This document shows, piece by piece, positions 18,834-26,937 of a stretch of 53,031 nt of DNA. The stretch comes from Thermoplasmata archaeon (GTDB lineage: Archaea > Thermoplasmatota > Thermoplasmata > GCA-020350865): positions 4,462,970-4,516,000 of the forward strand of contig CP070751.1 of the NCBI GenBank assembly GCA_020348445.1. The letters are read 5' to 3'. Position 1 is the stretch's first letter; each line of letters starts with the position of its first letter. Under the pieces are notes generated by a model. That model was not told the origin of the DNA. It saw nothing but the letters and a program-made list of their open reading frames with translations, and did not search any database. The position numbers and the translations under genes were made by a program.

Positions 18834-20102
18834 TTAATTTGTTTCTTCATCTTCGGGATACTCATTTTTTTCGTATTTTAACACATCTTTTTCTTCAACT
18901 TCATGGACTTTGCATTTCAACTCCCCGTCCTGTAACAAGACCTTGACATCATCCCCAGATTTTGTCTTGGAAACGCTGTCGAGAGCCGATTTTTCAGGGA
19001 GTTTTAAGGTGATGCTGTAGCCTCTTCTCAGTGTCGACAGGGGGCTTACCGCACCCAGCATTTCCTTTAGGGCATTGAATTTTCCGACGTTCATTTTTAG
19101 GCTATGCTCCATCTGCGAAACCAGTCTTATATAAAGGTCATCAGTGTGTTGCTGGTTCTGCCCGACCCTATCCAATAGGATTTTTGGTCTCAAAACCTTA
19201 TATATTCCCTCTAATTGCGTTCTTTTCTGCCTTATCATATTGGTTATATTTTGAATCAGTGAACTATTTAGCGCATTTATATGTCTTATCAGATCGCTTT
19301 TATCGGGTACCGCGAGCTCAGCAGCAGAAGAGGGCGTTGCAGCCCGAATGTCGGCGACAAAATCGGCTATCGTGAAATCAGTCTCATGTCCAACAGCCGA
19401 GATTATGGGGATATTGGATTTAAAAATCGCCCTGGCAACGATTTCCTCGTTAAAGGGCCAGAGATCCTCTATTGAGCCTCCCCCTCTTCCCACTATGGCG
19501 CAATCCACATTCCCATATGAGTTCAAAAGGCCAATTGAGCGCACTATATCCTCTGCGGCATCCTCCCCCTGCACCAAGGTGGGCACAACCAGAACTTCTG
19601 CACACGGGAATCTACGCCTTGTTATATTTAAAATATCCTGTATGGCCGCACCCGTGGGTGATGTGATAACACCGATTCTATCTGGAAAACGAGGTATAGG
19701 CTTTTTATATTTCACGTCAAAAAGTCCTTCCTTTGTCAATTTTTCCTTAAGCTGTAGGAATTTGAGATACAGCTCCCCAGGTCCCTTTGGATGCACCTCA
19801 GATACCACGAAGCTGTACCTGCCCTGGGGTTTGTACACATCTATGCTCCCCAGTACTATCACCTTTAGGCCGTTTTTCAGCTCGAACTTGAGGCCCTCGT
19901 TTGCCCATCTGAACATGGCACAGGGAAGCTGAGAATGCTCGTCCTTAAGCGTGAAATAGAAATGACCTGAGCTGTGATGTACAAAATTAGAAATCTCGCC
20001 TTGCACCCAGATATCAAGAAGTTCCCCATCAGAAGTTAGTTTCTTCCTGATAAAGGCCGTGATTTCCGCTACAGAGTAAATGTGAAAATTTGGCACTGCC
20101 AA
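18834..20102 (-). CDS. xseA: Exodeoxyribonuclease VII large subunit
   Basis: WVQGEISNF, SGHFYFTLKD, GVITSPTGAAIQD, GRGGGSIEDLWPFNEE, SAVGHETD, TPSSAAE. Start set at TTG 20102 after AGGTG. Confidence 0.95.
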   Translation of the reverse strand: MAVPNFHIYSVAEITAFIRKKLTSDGELLDIWVQGEISNFVHHSSGHFYFTLKDEHSQLPCAMFRWANEGLKFELKNGLKVIVLGSIDVYKPQGRYSFVVSEVHPKGPGELYLKFLQLKEKLTKEGLFDVKYKKPIPRFPDRIGVITSPTGAAIQDILNITRRRFPCAEVLVVPTLVQGEDAAEDIVRSIGLLNSYGNVDCAIVGRGGGSIEDLWPFNEEIVARAIFKSNIPIISAVGHETDFTIADFVADIRAATPSSAAELAVPDKSDLIRHINALNSSLIQNITNMIRQKRTQLEGIYKVLRPKILLDRVGQNQQHTDDLYIRLVSQMEHSLKMNVGKFNALKEMLGAVSPLSTLRRGYSITLKLPEKSALDSVSKTKSGDDVKVLLQDGELKCKVHEVEEKDVLKYEKNEYPEDEETN

Positions 20103-20351
20103 AGAAACACCTTTTGTATTTGTTATCGAGCTAGAAGTTATTAAACTTTGATGTCGGGAGGTGAGTGAATGTATATTTTCTAGTGCATCAGATTTTTTTC
20201 GGCTCACCCAGCAAATATTGCCCATTTTTTAGCAAAATACATATAAATCGAAAATAGTATTATATATCATTATAACGTATATGGATTGCCAATTTGTGTG
20301 TTGGAGAGCGTACTCATCAAGTTAGAAGAATATTTCGATAGGGGTGAGCTT

Positions 20352-21218
20352 ATAGGAAAATTGGTGAAAAAGAAGATCGTGCTCCTGGGCGATAGTAGCG
20401 TGGGTAAAACCAGCTTAATCAGACGCTATGTCATAGAAGAGTTCCACGACCACTATATAGAGACCATTGGAACCAAGGTATCAAGAAAGGACCTGGAATT
20501 GGATGTGGAGCAACAGGAGTTCTCACTCAATCTGCAGATATGGGATGTACTGGGCCAGAAAGCCTACAGCGCAGTGCAATCCAGGGCATTGGTGGGGATG
20601 GACGGAGCAATACTGGTTGCCGATCTCACGAGGTCCGAAACACTTGAAAGCATTGATGCATATTGGATACCGGCATTAAAGAGGGTGGTAACCGATGTAC
20701 CCCTTGTGTTTCTGGCCAATAAGAACGACTTAACAGACCAGGCACAGTTCACCAAAGATGATCTAGAGAAAGTCTCTGTTAAGAACAACGAGGAGGATGT
20801 AGAAAACTATTACCTAACCAGTGCAAAAACAGGCGAGAATGTAGAGAATGCATTTTTGGCACTCTCGAAGATGATACTCTTGGCCAGGAACGTTAAAGAT
20901 CCCTCCACTGAGATATTCGAAGAACTCATGGCCGATTCCGTGCTCATGGAGAGGGACAAGACCTCTTTGATTGGCGTTACAGACACGATAATAACCGACT
21001 TCTGCATCGGATTCGAGGACAAAGACAAGGCCATGAACATTTTAAGGGATCAGTTCCTAAGAGCTGGGATCGAAATATCCAGTCCCACGAAAACCGGTTT
21101 AGAAATGGTAATCGAATACCTTGCTGAGGAGGAATTAAAAATTAAAAGCGAAGAAGAAGTGAGACAAAGAAAAGAAAAATGGCTGCGCTTAGCAAGGGAT
21201 GCAAAGGAGGAGGAATAA
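20352..21218 (+). CDS. Rab-like small GTPase with a ~110 aa C-terminal helical extension (start uncertain, 20286-20364)
   Basis: G1 GDSSVGKT, G2 TIG, G3 IWDVLGQ, G4 NKND, G5 TSAK. No C-terminal prenylation cysteines. Confidence 0.88.
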   Translation: MGKLVKKKIVLLGDSSVGKTSLIRRYVIEEFHDHYIETIGTKVSRKDLELDVEQQEFSLNLQIWDVLGQKAYSAVQSRALVGMDGAILVADLTRSETLESIDAYWIPALKRVVTDVPLVFLANKNDLTDQAQFTKDDLEKVSVKNNEEDVENYYLTSAKTGENVENAFLALSKMILLARNVKDPSTEIFEELMADSVLMERDKTSLIGVTDTIITDFCIGFEDKDKAMNILRDQFLRAGIEISSPTKTGLEMVIEYLAEEELKIKSEEEVRQRKEKWLRLARDAKEEE

Positions 21219-21224
21219 GGAGGC

Positions 21225-21677
21225 TCATTTTACCAGAAGTTCGTTTCTTGCCTTTATCTCCTGCTCTAGATTTTCTTTGATATCGTGTCTTTTATCCATC
21301 AATCTTTTTTTAGACGTGATTGCCCAGAGACGAAGCTCCCTTTCATCCACATCCTTTGTCAGTGCAAAATGGAGTATAGCCAAGAAGAACGGATTATCCA
21401 GCATGTACTCTATTTCCTGAAGTTCCCTCGCGTGTCTTAGAAACTTATCTGGGCTCTGGATATAGGCTCTTGTGAAGTAGTTTTTATACCTTTTTCTCAT
21501 GTCCTCTTTCAAATCCCGCATTGCAATCTCCATTTTAGCCTGAAACTCGTGGACCTTGTCGTCAAGCTCCATAAAATCCCAGAAATGTATGTACTTCTGT
21601 GAGGGCCCTGCTATGTCTTTTATTGAGATCTGGGTGACCTCGCCAAAGTCCTCCAAGATAGACTGTTTTTTTGCCAT
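21225..21677 (-). CDS. Hypothetical soluble helical protein, convergent with the GTPase
   Basis: 150 aa charged, helical-looking ORF filling the gap between two genes. No motif recognised. Confidence 0.6.
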   Translation of the reverse strand: MAKKQSILEDFGEVTQISIKDIAGPSQKYIHFWDFMELDDKVHEFQAKMEIAMRDLKEDMRKRYKNYFTRAYIQSPDKFLRHARELQEIEYMLDNPFFLAILHFALTKDVDERELRLWAITSKKRLMDKRHDIKENLEQEIKARNELLVK

Positions 21678-21828
21678 GAAAGGGGAATCGCTGTTGTGCA
21701 ATATGAATGTAACTGAGGAGTTGAGTGCAATGGCCGCTTTTTAGTAACACCCTGAAAAGAAGTCAAAAAAAGCCAGTTATACGTTGGTATAGAGAAACAT
21801 TTATTAAAGCTGTAACTGATTTCTTTAA

Positions 21829-22302
21829 ATGATGAAGGCCGTGGTTAATAAACTGATGGTATTCCTTTTTCTAGTGCTATTATTATCCCTGCCTCTTTCT
21901 GCGGCTCAGGAAGGAGACGGTGAAGGAGAAGGAGAAGAGGAGGATACTGGGGATGAAGAAGGGTGCATTTTAGCCACATTTTGTGTTATTATGCTGTTCG
22001 TTTTGTATTTGATATATTATGCGACCAGGCGCAAGCGCGAGACATCGGGAGGCAGGCAGGCAGGGCAGCCTAGTTATCCTCCTCCTGGCCGGGAATACCG
22101 TTTTCCTGTACCGCACAAGCCCTATCCGTCCACTCAAACAAGGCCATATCCTTCTGCGCCCGAACCACAAAAAAAGGATGTGAAATGTGATTTGTGCCGC
22201 TCCAAGAACCTGAGATTCTTTGAAAAAGGGTATGTCAAGTGCAATGACTGCAGACATGTTTTTTATATATCGGAAGGGTACAGCAGTAAGAGGGGAAGGT
22301 AG
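21829..22302 (+). CDS. Small single-pass membrane protein with a Pro-rich linker and C-terminal Zn ribbon
   Basis: Signal peptide, acidic EGDGEGEGEEED, TM, YPPP/PYPS repeats, CDLC-x14-CNDC. Confidence 0.7.
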   Translation: MMKAVVNKLMVFLFLVLLLSLPLSAAQEGDGEGEGEEEDTGDEEGCILATFCVIMLFVLYLIYYATRRKRETSGGRQAGQPSYPPPGREYRFPVPHKPYPSTQTRPYPSAPEPQKKDVKCDLCRSKNLRFFEKGYVKCNDCRHVFYISEGYSSKRGR

Positions 22303-22388
22303 GCAATCCCTATTTGTTAAGCTACTTTGTTATTATCTTCTAAACTGGAGATAGATTATAGGTTTTTATCTCTTTTATAATAAAAAAG

Positions 22389-22404
22389 CGAAAAGCGTAT
22401 AAGG
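22389..22404 (+). promoter_or_regulatory. BRE/TATA promoter of secreted gene A (CGAAAAGCGTATAAGG)
   Basis: TATA lies ~30 nt upstream of ATG 22430. An identical 16-mer occurs at 33459-33474. Confidence 0.6.
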
Positions 22405-22429
22405 GATTACATCGATTAAAAAATTGAGA

Positions 22430-24901
22430 ATGAGACTCAGGAGGGTTGGTACGGATAATAAATTGTCCTCTATAGTAATCGTAAGCATGCTGGTTGCAGG
22501 GGGATTTATCGGTTTTATAAATCTTTATAGCAAAGATGCCCATGGCACTTTCGTCAGCGGAATAATATACGACGGCTCGGGAGGTCCTTGGACAATTGCA
22601 GGCAATCCGTATATCGTGGTAGGTGATGTAACAGTTCCTGAAGGAGAAACACTTACAATTGAGCCAGGTGTGGAGGTCAAATTTGATGGACCTTGGGATA
22701 TATTTGTCGATGGCACTCTCATAGCCATTGGCAATGAAACCCATAGGATTAACATAACTTCCAACATGCTTACTCCCGATATTTCTGATTGGAGACATAT
22801 TGAGATACATTCTACAGGATATGCAGAAATCAAATACTGTGATATATCTTATGCCATAAATGGTATCAGATCCTTAAGCTCATCAAACAATATTATTGCC
22901 CATAATAATATATGGAACAATGCTGAGGGAATCTACCTTTTTGCCTCCTCAAACAATACCATATCCAATAACAACATTTCGAACAACGAGATTGGCATTA
23001 CTTTTCGGGAATCATCTAACAACTTCATGATAAACAATAACATAACGAACCATAGAATAGGAAACTATCTTAGGGATTCATCAAACATTACAATAACAAA
23101 CAACAATTTCTATGACGATGGGATTTATATTCAAGGAGAAAAGCTATCCCATTTTAACTCTCATAACATATCAAATGATAATTCAGTAAATGACAAGCCT
23201 CTCTATTATTATAAGGATTGCACCGGTATTACTATCGATGACCTACCGGTGGGTGAGCTTATACTCGCCAACTGCACAGATTTTGTTGTGAACAATACAC
23301 AGATAGACAATACCGAAATAGGAATAGAGGTAGCATACTCAACTAATATCTCCATTTCAAACAACACTCTTTCATCGCTGTATTTGGGCGGTCTTCTTCT
23401 CGATTCATCGTCAAATAATAGAATTGTAAGCAACCATATTTCGAACAGTGATGATGGTATCGGAATTGAACAATCATCGAACAACAATATTATAGCTGAC
23501 AACAATATTTCATCGATCAACTATGTGGGTATCCTCATTGTGGCATCATTTAACAACATGATTACAAACAATAAACTATCTAGCTGTTGGATGGGTATTC
23601 AAATCGGTGGGAACTGGTTAGATAACTCGTCGAACAACATCGTTTTAGGCAATAATTTCTCAGAAAATATGTGGGGTATCTATGTTCATGGAACATCGGA
23701 AAACGAAATAGCTTGTAACAATTTCTCAGGTAATGATGGCGGTATCGCTTTCCAATCATCATCGAAAAATAATATAATTAGCAACACTATCTCAAATAAT
23801 GATAGGGGATGCAATTTTGAAGGATCCAAATTTAACGTCATTTCAAACAACATTATAACGAACAATGGGGACGGAATCGATATTCGAAACTGGTCGGATA
23901 ACAACGTAATCACAACGAACATTGTATCATACAACAATAAAAACGGCATCTATATATACGGGTCATATTACAACAATATCGCGGGAAACAGTATCTCTCA
24001 CAATTATAAGGGTATGAATTTCTCTCAGGCTGTTAAATATACTGAAGTAAGAGGAAATAACATCTCCAACAATGATTATGGCCTCTATATAGGCTGGACA
24101 TTCGACAATCTGATCTATCATAACAGCTTCATTAATAACACAATCCAAGCGTATGATGAAACACCAAATAAAAACCAATGGGACAACGGCTATCCTTCAG
24201 GAGGCAATTACTGGTCTGATTTCGATGAATCAAGTGAAGGAGCGTACGATGATTATAATGGAGAAGGTCAAAACATTTTGGGAAGCGACGGCATAGTCGA
24301 TAACGGGACCATCGGAGGTGGAGGAAAGAATCCCTATGAGATCGATGTTGATGCCAAGGACAACTACCCGCTTATCGAGCCCTACAAGAACTATATGATT
24401 TTAAAGCAGGGCTGGAACTTAATCTCTCTACCTCTGATTCAGGTAGAGCAAAACCTTGCAGAGGTATTAGAATCGATTGACGGGTCTTACGATGCGGTCC
24501 AATGGTATAATATCACTGATGCAAGAGACCCCTGGAAGCATTACAAGGTAGGCAAGCCTTATGGAAACGATTTATTTGAGTTAAATGAAAAAATGGGCTT
24601 TTGGATTCATATCACTCAGCCTGGAGACACGATATTCTTCTATAATGGAACCAGACCAACAGAGAACCAGACTATCCCCCTTCACCCAGGTTGGAACATG
24701 GTTGGCTATCCCTCGATGAGCAATAGGGACAGGACCACGGCCTTGAATAACATCACCTTTGGTACGCATGTGGATGCGATCTGGACCTATAATTCAGCAA
24801 GACAAAGATGGGAGAAGATAGGATCATCAGATTATTTCGAGGTCGGTAGGGGATATTATATCCATGCTAAAAGTAAGTGTGTTTGGGAGGTCCCGCGTTG
24901 A
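22430..24901 (+). CDS. Secreted gene A: NosD/CASH parallel beta-helix protein with type I C-terminal domain (GWNLISLP module x2)
   Basis: Signal peptide; Asn-rich GI-x-L-xx-SSNN coils; GGNYWSD; ILKQGWNLISLPL; PGWNMVGYPS. No TM anchor. Confidence 0.85.
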   Translation: MRLRRVGTDNKLSSIVIVSMLVAGGFIGFINLYSKDAHGTFVSGIIYDGSGGPWTIAGNPYIVVGDVTVPEGETLTIEPGVEVKFDGPWDIFVDGTLIAIGNETHRINITSNMLTPDISDWRHIEIHSTGYAEIKYCDISYAINGIRSLSSSNNIIAHNNIWNNAEGIYLFASSNNTISNNNISNNEIGITFRESSNNFMINNNITNHRIGNYLRDSSNITITNNNFYDDGIYIQGEKLSHFNSHNISNDNSVNDKPLYYYKDCTGITIDDLPVGELILANCTDFVVNNTQIDNTEIGIEVAYSTNISISNNTLSSLYLGGLLLDSSSNNRIVSNHISNSDDGIGIEQSSNNNIIADNNISSINYVGILIVASFNNMITNNKLSSCWMGIQIGGNWLDNSSNNIVLGNNFSENMWGIYVHGTSENEIACNNFSGNDGGIAFQSSSKNNIISNTISNNDRGCNFEGSKFNVISNNIITNNGDGIDIRNWSDNNVITTNIVSYNNKNGIYIYGSYYNNIAGNSISHNYKGMNFSQAVKYTEVRGNNISNNDYGLYIGWTFDNLIYHNSFINNTIQAYDETPNKNQWDNGYPSGGNYWSDFDESSEGAYDDYNGEGQNILGSDGIVDNGTIGGGGKNPYEIDVDAKDNYPLIEPYKNYMILKQGWNLISLPLIQVEQNLAEVLESIDGSYDAVQWYNITDARDPWKHYKVGKPYGNDLFELNEKMGFWIHITQPGDTIFFYNGTRPTENQTIPLHPGWNMVGYPSMSNRDRTTALNNITFGTHVDAIWTYNSARQRWEKIGSSDYFEVGRGYYIHAKSKCVWEVPR

Positions 24902-25145
24902 GGAAGAAAATTCAATCAATCATAATCTGTTTAATACTTATTTTCGCTATCTTTACTACTATTGATTTGGTATTTGAATTTCCACTTACTTCTGGAAGCA
25001 CAACAATTTACGTTCCCACCAATTATCCTACGATACAGGAGGCGATAAACGCGGCCATAGATGGGGATACTGTCTATGTTTACAGCGGGGCCTATTTTGA
25101 AAATGTAATAGTGGACAAAACAATAAATCTGACTGGAGAAAATAA
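24179..25145 (+). repeat. ~1 kb direct repeat, copy 1 (A C-terminus + B N-terminus); copy 2 at ~26215-27180
   Basis: Constant 2036 bp offset. 24212-24309 vs 26248-26345 match at 97 of 98 nt. Similarity continues across the TTGA gene junction. Confidence 0.85.
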
Positions 25146-26937
25146 GGATAACACGACAATCGAAGGTGTTGGAGACGTGATTCACGTCGCAGCTAATTGG
25201 GTAAATGTCTCGGGTTTTACTGTCAAAAACGGCTCGACGGGAATAGATCTTTACGAAGTTAATAACTGTAAGGTTTTTAACAACATCGCCTCCACAAATG
25301 ACTTTCATGGCATCAAGTTTACCAGATGCATAGATAGCGATATCACTAATAACACAGTCTTAAATAGCCATACCGGCATCAGCCTCTCCCAATCTTCTTA
25401 CAACGATATCACTGGAAACAAAGTTTCGGAAAATAATTATGGAATCGCTCTCCATGATGCCAATGGGAACAATATAACAGGCAATATTGTTTATTCAAAT
25501 AACGATTTTGGCATATGGTTACATGGCTTCACCGATAGTAATTGCATTGTTGATAACAATGTTTCATTTTGTGGTAAAATTGGAATCTACCTCTCCGGGA
25601 CCGTTGGGATTACCCTCAGAAATAACACGATGAAATATAACGGAATCCGGATCGATGGAGGAGACGTTCAGCACTGGAACACCCACAATATCGATACCTC
25701 CAACACAGTAAACGGCAAGCCCTTGCAATACTGGGTGAATCGAACTAGAGGTAAAGTACCTGCAGGGACGGGACAGGTGATCCTTGCCAATTGCACAAAT
25801 GTGATAATAGAGGGACAAGAGCTTATAAATTGCTCTATTGGCATTCTTCTTGGTTTCTCATCATCCAATATTATCCTCGCAAACATTGTTTCCTCAAATA
25901 CTTATGAGGGAATCCGCCTTTTTAAGTCGAATAACAACACAATAGTTAATAACAATGTTTCTTCAAATTCTGGATTTTATGGAATCCGGATTCATTATTC
26001 CGACAAGAACAATATCACAGGTAACTTCATCTACTTTAACTATGTGGGCATCGTTTTTTATGAGTCAAATTACAATCTAATAACTTATAATACTGTATTT
26101 TTAAATGATGTTTATGGAATACACCTTGGATATTCATACAATAATACTTTCTACCACAATAATTTTATTGATAACTCAGATCAAGCCATCGATGAGTCAA
26201 ATAACGGTAACCGATGGGATAATGGCTACCCATCAGGCGGTAATTATTGGTCTGATTTCGATGAATCAAGTGAAGGGGCGTACGATGATTATAATGGAGA
26301 AGGTCAAAACATTTTGGGAAGCGACGGCATAGTCGATAACGGGACAATTGGAGGAGGGGGAAAGAACCCCTATGTGATAGATTCGGACTCCTGGGACAAT
26401 TACCCCCTTATCGAGCCCTACAATAATTATATGATTTTAAAGCAGGGTTGGAACCTTATTTCTCTACCACTGATCCAGGAAGAGCAAAACCTTACAAAAG
26501 TGCTTAAATCCATCAATGGATTGTATGATGCTGTCCAATGGTATAATATTACCGATACGAGAGATCCCTGGAAGCATTACAAAGTAAGCAAGCCTTACGG
26601 AAACGACCTTTTCGAGATAAATGAGAAAATGGGTTTTTGGATTCACATCACTCAGCCAGGGGACACGATCTTCTTCTATAACGGCACCAGACCAACAGAG
26701 AACCAGACAATCACCCTTTACCCAGGTTGGAACATGGTTGGCTATCCCTCATTTAACAATAGAGACAGAACCACGGCTTTAAATAACATCACCTTTGGTA
26801 CGCATGTGGATGCGATCTGGACCTATGATTCTCATATTCAAAGATGGGAGAAGATTGGGCCATCTGATTATTTCGAGATTGGAAGAGGGTATTATATCCA
26901 TGCTAAAAGTAAGTGCGATTGGGAGGTCCCGTGTTGA
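24898..26937 (+). CDS. Secreted gene B: NosD beta-helix protein with type I C-terminal domain
   Basis: TTG start overlapping the A stop after GGAGGT; IYVPTNYPTIQEAI; GGNYWSD; C-terminus nearly the same as A. Confidence 0.85.
   Translation: MRKKIQSIIICLILIFAIFTTIDLVFEFPLTSGSTTIYVPTNYPTIQEAINAAIDGDTVYVYSGAYFENVIVDKTINLTGENKDNTTIEGVGDVIHVAANWVNVSGFTVKNGSTGIDLYEVNNCKVFNNIASTNDFHGIKFTRCIDSDITNNTVLNSHTGISLSQSSYNDITGNKVSENNYGIALHDANGNNITGNIVYSNNDFGIWLHGFTDSNCIVDNNVSFCGKIGIYLSGTVGITLRNNTMKYNGIRIDGGDVQHWNTHNIDTSNTVNGKPLQYWVNRTRGKVPAGTGQVILANCTNVIIEGQELINCSIGILLGFSSSNIILANIVSSNTYEGIRLFKSNNNTIVNNNVSSNSGFYGIRIHYSDKNNITGNFIYFNYVGIVFYESNYNLITYNTVFLNDVYGIHLGYSYNNTFYHNNFIDNSDQAIDESNNGNRWDNGYPSGGNYWSDFDESSEGAYDDYNGEGQNILGSDGIVDNGTIGGGGKNPYVIDSDSWDNYPLIEPYNNYMILKQGWNLISLPLIQEEQNLTKVLKSINGLYDAVQWYNITDTRDPWKHYKVSKPYGNDLFEINEKMGFWIHITQPGDTIFFYNGTRPTENQTITLYPGWNMVGYPSFNNRDRTTALNNITFGTHVDAIWTYDSHIQRWEKIGPSDYFEIGRGYYIHAKSKCDWEVPC

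Noticed and set aside
21562-21750. ORF-track peptide WRGHPDLN suggested the reverse complement of a tRNA end
   Set aside because: The DNA lies inside the 21225-21677 CDS and has no T-loop GTTCRA, acceptor stem or cloverleaf.
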